A stretch of DNA of 60,610 bases, filler included. It is 9 parts of 9 records of this genome, joined end to end, with 100 filler letters (N's around TTAATTAATTAA, not from the genome) between each part and the next. Parts side by side here need not be neighbours in the genome. Positions count along the whole stretch, not along the records: positions 25,125 to 32,978 come from SRR2962707_3133; positions 33,079 to 41,640 come from SRR2962707_3135; positions 41,741 to 49,379 come from SRR2962707_3137; 6 more parts are not named here. One strand, given 5' to 3'. Position 1 is the stretch's first letter; each line of letters starts with the position of its first letter. The notes below the pieces were generated by a model. The model ran no database searches and had not been told where the DNA came from. It saw only the letters and a program-made list of their open reading frames with translations. Shown here piece after piece: positions 30,332 to 41,817 of this stretch. Position numbers and translations under genes: made by a program.

Positions 30332-30814
30332 GTGAGCCAACCGTTCCCAGACAGCGCAGCCGAGCCGACAACCGGCAGGTATGACGACATTGCGCTTTAT
30401 GACGGTGTGCGCACCAAGCGTGTGCTGGCATTTTTCGTGGACTACGCCATCGTGTTGGTTCTGTGCGTCCCGATGGCGGTGCTGGTGTTCTTCATCGGCG
30501 TCTTCACGCTGGGCCTTGGCTTCTTTCTCTATCCGATCCTGTTCCTGCTGGTCGTCATTCCCTATATCGGGCTGACCATGGGCGGACCCAACCAGGCAAC
30601 GCCCGGTATGCGGATGATGGGCATCCGCCTCGCCCGCCTTGACGGCCGCCCGGTCGATTTCATGCTGGCCGTCGTTCACGGCGTGCTGTTCTGGGCGCTC
30701 AACGCCGTGCTGACCCCCTTCATCCTGCTTGCCACGCTGGTGCTAGACCGCAAGCAGACGGTGCATGACTGGATGCTCGGCACAGTGGTGGTGCGGGATA
30801 ATTTAGACCGGTAG
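30332..30814 (+). CDS. RDD family membrane protein
   Basis: KRVLAFFVD, ATPGMRMMGI, HDWMLGTVVV; GTG start after AGGAG. Confidence 0.88.
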   Translation: MSQPFPDSAAEPTTGRYDDIALYDGVRTKRVLAFFVDYAIVLVLCVPMAVLVFFIGVFTLGLGFFLYPILFLLVVIPYIGLTMGGPNQATPGMRMMGIRLARLDGRPVDFMLAVVHGVLFWALNAVLTPFILLATLVLDRKQTVHDWMLGTVVVRDNLDR

Positions 30815-31273
30815 CCGCGTCTCGTGCTTCAACTGCCTCAGTATCAAATTGGTCTTGACCGTTGAAACGCCTTCGAGCGCGAACATGAACTCTTCCAGAA
30901 ATGCATTGTAGGCGCTCAGATCGCGGCAGCGGATGCGCAGGTGGTAGTCGGCGTCGCCGGTGGTGGCGAAGCAATCGAGGACTTCGGGGCGTGTCATCAC
31001 GGCAGAGATGAAGTTCTCGACATGGCCGGCCTGATGGCGTGAGAGCACCACGTGCACCATGGCGTGGAATGACAGTCCGACGGCTTCGGGATTGACCAGC
31101 GCCGTGTAGCGCTCGATGACGCCGCCCTCTTCCAGCGCCTTGACCCGACGCCAGCAGGCGGACGCAGACATATTGGCACGTTCGGCCAGGTCCTGATTTG
31201 AAATGCGACCGTCTTCCTGCAGGGCATTGAGAATCTGTCGGTCGTTCGCCTGAATTTCAGCACTCTCCGCCAT
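30803..31273 (-). CDS. Lrp/AsnC family regulator
   Basis: DRQILNALQEDGRISNQDLAE..SACWRRVKALE, TGDADY. Confidence 0.92.
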   Translation of the reverse strand: MAESAEIQANDRQILNALQEDGRISNQDLAERANMSASACWRRVKALEEGGVIERYTALVNPEAVGLSFHAMVHVVLSRHQAGHVENFISAVMTRPEVLDCFATTGDADYHLRIRCRDLSAYNAFLEEFMFALEGVSTVKTNLILRQLKHETRLPV

Positions 31274-31399
31274 TTCGGTATATCCTCTCAAAATTATCCG
31301 GAATTTCGGTAGATCCTGCCGACACAGTGATGCGACGCGACCAATCTGGCAAGCTCTGCCAGCCTGGTGATGCTAAAATTCGGGGCAGAGGAGCTGCCC

Positions 31400-32978
31400 A
31401 TGACATTCCATAGTTCTGCCAATTCCAGCTACACGCTGTCTGACCGCTACACGCTGCAGACCGGCCGGGTGTTCATGACCGGCACGCAGGCGCTTGTCCG
31501 GGCCGTGTTTGATCAGGCGCGGCGTGACCGTGAGGCGGGATTGAACACCGGCGGGTTCGTGTCGGGCTATCGCGGCTCGCCGTTGGGCGGTCTCGACATG
31601 GAATTGTGGCGGCAAAAGGCGCGGCTGGCCGATGACGGCATCGAATTCCTGCCTGCGGTCAACGAGGATCTGGCGGCGACCGCCGTGCTCGGCTCGCAGC
31701 AGGTGGAAACCAATCCGGGTCGCACAGTCGATGGCGTGTTCGGTCTCTGGTACGGCAAGGGTCCGGGCGTTGACCGGGCGGGTGACGCGCTCAAGCATGG
31801 CAACGCCTACGGTTCCTCGCCGCATGGCGGGGTGCTGGTGGTGGCGGGCGATGACCATGGCTGCGTTTCGTCTTCGATGCCGCACCAGTCGGATGTGGCC
31901 TTCATGGCCTGGTTCATGCCGACCCTCAATCCGGCCAGTGTTTCGGAATATCTCGAATTCGCCGAATACGGCTACGCGCTGTCGCGTTACTCGGGCATGT
32001 GGGTCGGCTTCAAGGCGATTTCGGAAACCGTCGAGGGCGCCAGTTCCTTCATGCTCAAGCCGGATCGTGTGTTTGCCGAGCCTGACTTCAAGGCTCCCGT
32101 CTCCGGACTGCACTACCGTTGGCCGGATCTGCCTGGTCCGCAGATCGAGGAACGGATGGAGGCCAAGAAACATGCGGTGTTTGCATTCGCCGAGGCCAAC
32201 CCGATCGACCGGGCGATCTACGGCATTGACGACGCGCGCTTCGGGTTCGTGACCACCGGCAAGGCGCATCTCGACCTGATGGAGGCGTTGAGGCTGCTCG
32301 GGCTGGACGAAGCCCGCTGCCGGGCGCTCGGCATCGATATCTACAAGGTCGGCATGGTCTGGCCATTGGCGCGGCGCGATGCGCTGGGTTTCGTGCGGGG
32401 AAAACGCGAAGTTGTGGTGATCGAGGAAAAACGTGGCATCATCGAAAGCCAGTTCAAGGAATATTTTTATGACTGGCCCGGCGACAAGCCGCAGCGGATG
32501 GTCGGCAAGCATGACGAGACCGGGCGGCGGCTGATCCCCTGGACCGGCGAGCTGTCTCCGAAACAGTTGCTACCGCTGATCGCCAAGCGGCTCGACGGCG
32601 TGTTCCGGGGCGAGAGCTTTGCCGCGCGGGCTGCCGAAATCATTGCCGAGCCGCTGATAGCGCTCAGCGATCCCGGCGCCACCCGCACACCCTACTTCTG
32701 CTCGGGTTGTCCGCACAACACCTCGACCAAGGTACCCGAAGGCTCAAAGGCGCTGGCCGGTATTGGTTGCCATTTCATGGCCAGCTGGATGGACCGGGAA
32801 ACCTCGTCTTTAATCCAGATGGGCGGCGAAGGCGTCAACTGGGCTGCCTCCTCTCGCTTTACCGGCAAGAACCACATCTTCCAGAATCTGGGTGAAGGCA
32901 CCTGGTATCATTCGGGTTCGATGGCGATCCGCCAGGCGATCGCGGCGCGCGCCAACATCACCTACAAGATCCTCTACA
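31400..32978 (+). CDS. Indolepyruvate:ferredoxin oxidoreductase family, fused type (3' truncated)
   Basis: GTQALVR, SGYRGSPLGG, NEDLAATA, WYGKGPGVDR, RTPYFCSGCPHN, QMGGEG. Confidence 0.93.
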
Positions 32979-33078
32979 NNNNNNNNNNNNNNNNNNNNNN
33001 NNNNNNNNNNNNNNNNNNNNNNTTAATTAATTAANNNNNNNNNNNNNNNNNNNNNNNNNNNNNNNNNNNNNNNNNNNN
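32979..33078. other. Artificial contig linker
   Basis: N44-TTAATTAATTAA-N44. Confidence 0.99.
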
Positions 33079-33954
33079 AAAAAAAAAAAAAAAAAAAAAA
33101 CAATAGATCTTACGATCTTAGCAAGACAGTTTCGAACTGTAGTCTACGCGCGGAACTTGAAAATAAATATGTTGTTTGTAGTGCCATGCCTCCCGCTCCT
33201 CCAACCGCGTGTAGATTTACCCGGGTCGTGCGTCGTCGTCGTCGGTGTCGTCCTCAATCTCTGCCATCTGCTCCATTATTTCATCCCGCTCTTTTGCCAC
33301 AAAAAATATCGATCTCGTCAGTGGTGATCGTTTTCGGTCTTACTGTACGTTTATTGTTCTCGGACAGGTCTACAGTCATCCTCGCCAGATGTCGGTTGCA
33401 CTACTTCGCCACGCGTTCGTTCACTCTTGTTGTGGGTCCGTTTGTGCTTTCTCTGCAGTTGCAGTTTCTTTGTGTTTGAATCTTCGACGAGCCAGTGCTT
33501 GCGTGGACGGACACGGCTGCATCCGTTTCAGTTTCCTTTTCATGCGGAAGATGTCACCGAGTAGTTGCTTCTTGTCGTAGCGGCGATGCAACGCCCTTTT
33601 CACACAGATATCACAGCGTGTTGCTGTGGGTAGTTTCTGGTGGGTGGTTTCTTTCCTTTCTTGTCGCTGTACGCTTCTTGTGAATGTATCAGAAAAAAAG
33701 CGTACTTTGTTTGTGCCGAGAGAGTTTGCTGCTAAACAACATGACGTCGCTACGTGATGGATGTTGATAATATTGTGATATTGCCAGTAATTGTGTGCTC
33801 GCTGACGTGCAATCGTGCAAGTCCTCCTCACGACTTTCGAAGACTCACCAGCGAATGCACCAGGATATTTGACCGCCACGAACGCGCCACAGCAATCGTA
33901 GAGGAGGCGGTAATGTTATGGCGACGGTCAAGACGTTGCGCACAAGTGTGCGTC

Positions 33955-36202
33955 TGCACAGACCCGCTGCTGAAGGAACCACGTGCGCTCGACGTCGGAC
34001 ATCCCGAACAGCCGAAGGTCTTCCACTGACAGAGCCGCCGGAGGGGTTTCTGCAGGGCCATCGACTGCCGGTGAAGCCTCGCTGTATTTGTGAGGCCAAT
34101 GAGATGTAGCTGGAGTAGACAGTCCTTCCTGCGTTGCACAAAGTTTGTTTATCCCGCTCAATTCAACGTAAAAACCACAAAAGACAACGAGTGAGATACT
34201 AACTGTTGAAAGCGTGACGACGCACCCAAACACGCTGTGCAATCGTAACCCGCTGTGCCAAAACATCAGGCGGGGCCTTTGTACGCGGAGTCATGCAGAC
34301 TAATAAAGCTGCACGAACGAGCTCTGTCGCCACGGATTCAGCATTTTTCATGGGTTGAGCACTGCTGTCCGCATTCGCGGGACGGCTGTCCATGAAGTTA
34401 CAATGTACGGTTCGGCTGTCCCAGACCAACATATCTCCCGCATCGAGCTCCTACCACAAGACGTGGCGCTTGTGAGGCTGCGCACGGAATTTCTCACTAG
34501 GCAAACAGAACGCCCTCCAGCACACCAGAGATTGCACAAACGAACAGGAATAAAAGGAGGATTCGGAGTCTCGCCCCCGACCACTGCGGGAAGCACGGAC
34601 ACTGGAATCTGGTCAAAAAGAGGAAACGAACAGCTTGTTTTTCAAAACGTGGATGAGGACACAAAAAAGTGAAAAAACAGCACGACGAAAAAACTCCCAC
34701 AACCAAACATACAAACCTGGAAGAAATCTGACGGGAACTGGGCGGACAGGAACATCGCTTTTTCAGCAACGTCGAGTATTTTATCCTTCGAATTCGATAC
34801 GAGCACTGGGCCTACCAAATCAAACCGCCACCCCAATTCAAATCGCCAGTCCCCAAAAGTGGCAGGATGCTACACACATGATCCACATTGGCACTGTACC
34901 TGCAGATTCAGATGTCGGCACAAGTGTCACTGATGCTTGTGCACTCTCAAACGACCGTGCGACTAAAGGGTGCTGATCAACATGCAGCCATGGGGCTGAC
35001 ATGGCCCCTGTGGCCATTGGACAAGGAAGTGCGGCCCCGTCGAACGAAGTGATCAAGTCTGACACACTGACATTCCATATTGAAGCAAATATATTGCGCA
35101 CGGCCTATGAAAGAGCCCCACAATAAAATATGAAAAGGAAACCACAAAGAAATATCGAAATATCTTGCGTGAGTTCCTGAATTCCATTGCGCTCCGCAGT
35201 GCAGCGCAAACTCAAACGTTGCAAGTCCACATACTGGGTGACGGCGAATAAACCATTGCACCTCGCTCTGTGATATTCCTTGACCAAGCACCAGACCACG
35301 GTCAGTCGTGCTTGGCCAACTGCTGCATTTCCAGGTGTGTGGCTGATGGCGATCAATACGTTCACCTATTGGTGGAAGGTTGCACGATCCAAACGTACAA
35401 TCCCAAAAAATGCATGCAATGTAACAATTTTCTGGCGGAAATAGACACAATCAACTGTGGAAAGCACAAGAATTTTGCTCTTGACAACAACACACCAGTA
35501 GCTGCAGCCGAGCCAACCTCAAACAACCAACGCCAAAGCAGTGACTTCCACGATGCGAAGGATCCCACCCGGCACGTAACAAAACAAAGCAATAATGTTA
35601 GCAATCTTGATCGGCCCTATTGTAAAACACCCAGGGGGCGGAAGATGAAAGTAGGCAACACTCAGCACCTTGGCATGATTCAACTCTGTCGCGCTCAAAG
35701 CCTTGAAAACAGAAAATCCATGCTTCCAAAAGTGCACAAGGCCTTTCTGCAATTCGACAGCGTCACGTGGGTCAAACTTTCGAACTTGCTGCAACTGTGG
35801 TGGCCACTGGGACGAAACAGTGTGTCGATTATCATTGATCCATTGTCCATATAAATAGTGATGGTCGGTGCATTCTGAAAACTCAACAAGCGACAATGCT
35901 CCGTTGCCATTTGAGTCACACCACAAAAAAGCGCGCGGAGCGACTTTTTCCTCAACATCTGTGTGGGATAAGTCGAGGCTCGAAAACCGTTGAAAAAATG
36001 CCTTCGTCAACCACAAAAACTCGTCCAACTGGAGCTCGTCGGAACTGTCCGTATTTGCCTCAGCAAATAAAGCCTCAAAATCTACGAAAGGCAGCCCACC
36101 GATGCGGCCTGCCTCCACAGTCCGAAGCGACGCAAACGACCACAACACACATAGAAAAAACGAGACCCCTACCCACACGAGCATCGGCCAGGCGGTGTTC
36201 AT
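33955..36202 (-). CDS. Multi-exon PhyH-like Fe(II)/2OG dioxygenase with signal peptide and two EF-hands (3' end uncertain, may extend to ~33217)
   Basis: Exon peptides: EF loops NTDSSDELQLDEF and DSNGNGALSLVEF; GISQSEVQWFIRRHP; IFASIW..DLITSFDG; WLHVDQ (HxD); LVWDSRTVHC; VRAALLVCMTPR; TSHWPH. Confidence 0.75.
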
Positions 36203-36420
36203 TTGATCAGCATCTCAATCGACGAGCAAAGGCTGTACAACCGCAGTCTCCGGTATCCGCCGGCCTAGCTCGAGCAAGATACATTTCCCCCGAGGCGGCA
36301 GTGAGCTCAAACTACTGCGTTCGAAAAAAAGCACAAGAAAATGATGGGGGAAAGTATACGTGCTTGCATGCATACCTCGCTCTGCTGCTCTTGCACATGG
36401 AGTCCAGTTCTTGCAAGCAA

Positions 36421-36465
36421 GTAAGTAAGTGTGAGTGAATGAGTGAGTGAGTGAATGAGTGAGTG
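36421..36465. repeat. (GAGT/GAAT)n microsatellite in a divergent intergenic region
   Basis: gtaagtaagtgtgagtgaatgagtgagtgagtgaatgagtgagtg. Confidence 0.75.
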
Positions 36466-36789
36466 CAGTCTTCGCTTTGTGTCGCGTGCCTGAGAGCCCC
36501 GTCGTGAACGTCGTCGTGAGAGGGACCCTGCGTGTGTCTTCGTGAACCTTCTACGTGCACCCATGTGAAGCATTCGTTCGTGAGTGAGAGTGGATGGGCG
36601 AGAGCGGGTTGATGAGAGGCACTGGATGCGCGATTGAAAATCTCTCGTTCTCTGCCTGCGAGAAAGTTAGGAAAGTGTTTGATTATTCATTTGATGTTTT
36701 TGAACGTCATTGTGCTTTGTGTGGTGTTTCAGACTGCGTGTGGCACTGAGGGTGAGTGAGTGCGTGGCGTTTGATTGTGCCGGGCCGCA

Positions 36790-39703
36790 ATGGCGGAGAA
36801 ATCCCCAGACATGAAATGCAGTGTGGTGGTGCTGCCAATTGCGTGTGCCTGCGCTGCCGCACTCGCAGTGACGCTTGTGGTCCGCAGCCGCCAGTCGCAG
36901 CGCGGGCTGCGACAGTTTCGCGTTGCCAAACGAAGGTTCGACACCTTGCTGACGGAAATCCAAGTGCTGCCACGCAATCGAAACCCGCAGCTCGGTCCTG
37001 CGCGCCGCCAGTTATTGCTGCAGTTGGTAAAGCTGTCCACACTCGGACTGCCGGAAGGCACTGTACGCGCACTTTGGGAGCACCGGAGAAACGCTCTGGC
37101 GGAGAGTGTTGACCACGGCCGGCTTGAATCGCAGAAATTGGTCCCGCCTGCACACCGCAAAGTGGTCGTGACCTGGCTTATTGAATGCGCCAAGCAGCTG
37201 CTCGCTGTTTTGACGCCGAGAAAGAAGTATCGAAAGATTGTTCCAAAGATTCGCATACGACTTGAAAAGTTGTCATCGCAGATGGAGACGAACGGGCAAG
37301 TGGAAGCCAAGTGCTCGGTGGGTGGGGCGCAGTCGGGGGAAAATACCGACAATCAGTCTCTACTCACACGGGAGTCTCCAGTAAAACTGCAGCACGACAC
37401 GGCACACTATGCGGCGTCACTGTTCCTTCCCTCTCCCGCAAACAATTCGACGGATACCTATCGCCCGGGCCTCGCAGTATACCTTGCCACCACGTTTGCA
37501 GGCTTCGAGCACGTGTGCGTGGAAGAAATATCTCGCTTGCTCGGAATACAGATGACGCACATATTTGTTGTGACACCAAAGGGTAGCCTTGTTGATGGTC
37601 ACTCAGTGATGGTGCGCCTATGATTTTGGAGTCTGCCAACACGCCATGACGTTCGTTGTCGAAGTCCCTGATTGTTTGAGTAATTCGTTGCTTGTATTTG
37701 ACAGGACATGTCCAAGAATGCGGCGCGCGGTTTTGCTAGCGGTCTTGGAGTGGAAGCAGGAGTTGCTTTCTGCGGGAAAGTGATATTTGCGGTGGCTGAG
37801 TCTGTGCCCTCGCATGTGTTTATGGAACGTCTTCGTACCGTGCAATCCCTCTATGCTTTTGTCGCTTCAACCCGAGATGTACTTCGCTGCAAGCCGGGAA
37901 ATAAATCAAAATTGGATCCACACGATGAAGGGCGTCCCATTGGTTCTCCAGACCAGCAGCTTCAAGAACTTAGCAAGTTACTGTCGACTCAGGAGGCCCG
38001 CAAAAGTTTTCAGAGTGCTTTTGCTTCGTGGAAAAACTTTCAGGTCTGTGAGTATTGCCAGCCGCTTGCTTCGGTTCTTCAACATTTCAAAACAGTCATA
38101 CGTATTTGGTCTTTGTTTTGCAACGAAAAGATGGCGCTCTCTAAAGCAGGTACTGCTGTACCGGAAATACGCGTTCGGGGTTCTACTGCACGAAGTGGGC
38201 GCCATTACGTGCCCAGCGTTGATATTGCACAAGTAGTGGCTTCTGCCGCCCTCGATGTGGTCGACTCGTTGCCGTGGGCGAAGGCCATAACCGTTGACCT
38301 TGACAACTTCAATTGCGAGGTGGCCGTGCTGGTTTCAGGTCAGCAGAACCACGCCAATGCCATGTCCCGTTGGTGCAGTTGGCTGTTGGAACGTGTGACC
38401 AACCAGTTTGCATTTGCGGACATAGGCCCGTTTTTGGCGGTGGGTATTCTTCTCACTTCTCGACCCCTCGTGGAGAATCACATGGGTTTGTTGAATCCGC
38501 TCAAGTTTTATTACTGCGTGTTCTCGCTTTTCAATGTGAGCGATTTGAGTCAAAAATCACTTTTGTGTTTTGGCAGGCAAAGGCAGGCTCCCAAAATCGT
38601 CTCGGTCGTGGATGGTTGCCAATGAAGGTGCCGGAGCCACACTCCGGCCAAGCACAGTGCGTTTTGCGGTAATGTCCCACGTCAATGTGGGGAATGTCCT
38701 TGAAGCACATCGGCTAAGGCGATGCACCTATGTGTAGGCGTATATTCTGTGCAAGATGGCCGGCGCGCGTCCTGGGGACGTTTTTGCAGATATTATGGGC
38801 GGAGCAGGGACAATACCGATGGAAGCAGCATCGTCAGCCGCGCCGCAGAGTGAGGAGCGTGTGTTTGCACTCACTGGAGATCGTGATTCTGCATGCACTG
38901 AAACGGCATCAGGAAACTATCGTCGCTTTCACCGTCATTTTGGTACGCCAAAGGAATTTTGTTGACTTGATGGCCGCAAGGTGCTGTTTCATGCCTATTC
39001 TTGGAGGATCGCGGCTTTAATTGCTCGTCTGGGCATGCCTTTGACTTATTCTGTTCAGGATTCAACCCAGGAGCTGTGTTGCAATGGAGTGCTGACAAAC
39101 TTCCACTTATTGACGGTCTGTCTGGTTGGCATGGTGCACTTTTTTTTGCCAATGACATGGGTCCCATCTTTTACTCCCTGTTGTGCTGCTTTCAAACATC
39201 TGCCGAATTGTTTCAGGTTGCGTTGACGTGGTATGCGTTGACATGCCCTTCGGAATGAGGTGCAGCCGCCCCAAAGAACTTCGGCGACTGTACCCGCGAA
39301 TCGTGGCCGAGGTTGCGCGAGTGCTGCGTGCTCCAGTTGCTTCATTGGGTCCCACACGAGTTCAAGCTCAGGATATTTACTCGTTCGAGGAATGGCAGCA
39401 GTATCCCGGGGGTCGTGCAGTCTTGATGACGATGCTACGTTCCATCCTCTTCAGAGCTCTAGATGCGCAAAAAAACAATCTTCAGGTAGTCTCCGAGGTG
39501 CAGGTATGTATGTATTTGGTAGGGGATGCAAGGGGCAGCGCCGCCCTGTTGACTTTGATTCTTGTGTCATGACAACTGTCGCTTTGGTCGTTATTTGATG
39601 TAATGTTGTGAAGGCCAACTGCGGAGGGTCAATTGTTACAATCGTGTACATTGTGGTAGCAAAAACCAGACATTCAGATGGCAAGACGGGCCGTTCTCAG
39701 TGA
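36790..39703 (+). CDS. Multi-exon THUMP-domain RNA m2G methyltransferase (THUMPD2/3, Trm14-like)
   Basis: YLATTFAGFE, GKVIF, VDLDNFNCEV, spliced LRPST|AYILCKMA, DIMGGAGTIPMEA (SAM motif I), VDMPFG, RVLR, GRAVL; inferred introns include 37612-37704, 38044-38130, 38339-38425, 38486-38576. Confidence 0.82.
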
Positions 39704-39817
39704 ATTTTCATTGTTCATTTCATTCTTTTACTTTTTCTGGAACCTATTTTCATCAATTATTTTCATAATTGAATGATTGCGGGTTCAACTTCCTGACGTG
39801 GAACCCCACCAAAAGCA

Positions 39818-41590
39818 TCACGGAGAGGCCGACTTTTTCTTCCCCCTGCCTTTCTTTTTCTTTTTGCCAAGATTTGCGCGCATGGCCATCATCTGCGCCA
39901 TCATTGATCCCGGTGGCGGAGGGGCTGGTGCGCCCGCCTCAGCGCCAGCACCTGGAATAATGGGTTTCGATTTGTCGACAGTTACCGTCTTCTTGAGTGC
40001 TGCGCCGCCACGAATAGCTGCCAGCAAGTCACCGCCGCCACCACCGCCGCCCTAATCAGTGCAACATACATAAAGAACGACATCAGAGCACAGCTTAGCA
40101 ATTCCAACGGAAACGCTGTGTACTGCCACGAGAGTGTACTCACCTTGAACTTCTTCTTGCGGCCCTTCTTCTTTTTCCCTGCAGCGGGGGGCTTTGGTGC
40201 CGGCGGGCCAGGAGGTCCAGGTGGCCCAGCGCCCGCGGGGGGTCTGCAAGCAACAAACGAGCCGAAAAAGACCACAGTGAGACTAACGATAAGCACGGCT
40301 TAGGCGACGAGAGCGAAAACCGCCCACGGATTGCCAGTCACACGCGTACCCTGGTGGCTTTGGGGGACCACCACCGCCCGGTGGTGCCGGTGGCCGTGGT
40401 GGGCCAGGGGGGCCGGGTGGTTTCGGAGCCGCGACGGGGCTCTTCTTCGGCGGCGATGGAGGTTTCGGTGGCTGCGGGACACTGCCGCCAGCAGCCGGCG
40501 GGCTCTTCGCGGGCTTCGGTGGCGCTTTCGGCGGCTTCGGGGCCTGGGGTGCTTTGGGCGGTGACGGGGCCCGGGGTGCTTTTGGCAGCTTGGGAGGCGA
40601 GGGCGCTTTTGGCGCCTTCGGAGGCGAGGGCGCTTTGGGCGCTTTGGGAGGCGAGGGCGCTTTGGGCGCCTTGGGAGCCTTGGGCGGAGCCGGCGCCTTC
40701 GGGGAAGGTTTCGGCGGCGAAGGTTTTCCAACGTCCATTTCCTCGGACTCATCACTGCCTTCATCGTCACCTCCGTCGCGGATTTCGAGGTCGGCCTCTC
40801 GGGGTGCGGACGGCTCGATCACGTCCATCGACTCGTCGGTGTCCTCGTCCGTGTCCTCGTCCGTGTTGTCGTCATTCTGGAGGTCTGCGCGCGGCGCGGC
40901 CGGTGGCTTGGGTGCCGCAGGGACCTTCGGAGCCGCGGGTACCTTCGGACTGCGCATGCCAGTCTTGGCGACGGGCGAGGTCCTGCGTGCACCCATGGTG
41001 GCGCCTCCTGCCTGACTTGACCGGCGCGGAGTCGACTTGGCCTGCAAGTCAAAGTCGCTCGCTTTGCGGACGCGGCGGCGGATGGGTTGCGACACTCCTT
41101 CGGTGTCCTCCAGGCGGCGATACATGACTGTGAACGGGTTTGACTCCTTCGACTCCAGCCGTGCGAGGAGCGGCGCATTGTAGCGCTCATCTTCCACCCT
41201 GGCAAAAAAAGGTAAATCCGCATCGGGGATGCAGCGCTCCTTGGCTGGAATCGTGCGCTTGGCCACGCGCATGAAGCACGGGCTTCGCTGCCCGATGTCG
41301 TACTTTACCATGTCCAGCGCCAGCTGCGTGGAGGCGACGGAGTTGCTGATCTCCTCCACAGTCGCGGCGCTCTGTTCGAGAGCCCCGCTGATCTCACGAG
41401 TCGCCTTGTGGATTTTGTACGAGATCAAGTGCAGCGCGTCCGCAGTGTACGCACGGTAGTTGTCGAACCAGTCGTGGTAGCTGCTCTTTGGGTCGTTCGT
41501 GAGGCTCCTCTGGGCCGTCCTCAGCTCTGGGGGCATTGCGGCGAGGATGGCCTTGCGGTCCTGCAGCTTCTTCTGCATGCTGGAAGACAT
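39818..41590 (-). CDS. Three-exon proline-rich WH2 actin regulator with WASH(WAHD)-like N-terminus
   Basis: Exons 41590-40350, 40243-40144, 40051-39818 join in frame; TADALHLISYKIHKATREISGALEQS resembles WAHD; PKAP repeats; WH2 DLLAAIRGGAALKKT. Confidence 0.75.
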
Positions 41591-41611
41591 GTCTCGCGCC
41601 CTTCGCTGCCA

Positions 41612-41640
41612 GCGAGCGAGAGCGAGAGAGAGAGAGAGAG
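41612..41640. repeat. (GA)n-rich microsatellite at the contig end
   Basis: gcgagcgagagcgagagagagagagagag. Confidence 0.85.
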
Positions 41641-41740
41641 NNNNNNNNNNNNNNNNNNNNNNNNNNNNNNNNNNNNNNNNNNNNTTAATTAATTAANNNN
41701 NNNNNNNNNNNNNNNNNNNNNNNNNNNNNNNNNNNNNNNN
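41641..41740. other. Artificial contig linker
   Basis: N44-TTAATTAATTAA-N44. Confidence 0.99.
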
Positions 41741-41817
41741 TTGTGCGCGGCATAATGATTGGGTGTTTGGCCCTTACATCCGTTTACAATTCCTCTGATA
41801 AGCCTTTGGACAGTGTA

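Larger units (their letters stand above)
33079..41640. other. Eukaryotic (protist-like) genomic contig with ~90-nt GT-AG introns
   Basis: Fragmented ORFs join at GT...AG sites; poly-A and (GA)n ends; WH2/proline-rich gene; no RBS or operon structure. Confidence 0.92.

Noticed and set aside
33079-33100. Poly-A run as an mRNA tail or retrocopy
   Set aside because: The contig retains introns; more likely a genomic homopolymer that broke the assembly.
40500-40740. Short-period GC-rich repeats as a non-coding array
   Set aside because: They encode the PKAP/PSPP proline-rich region of the WH2 protein.
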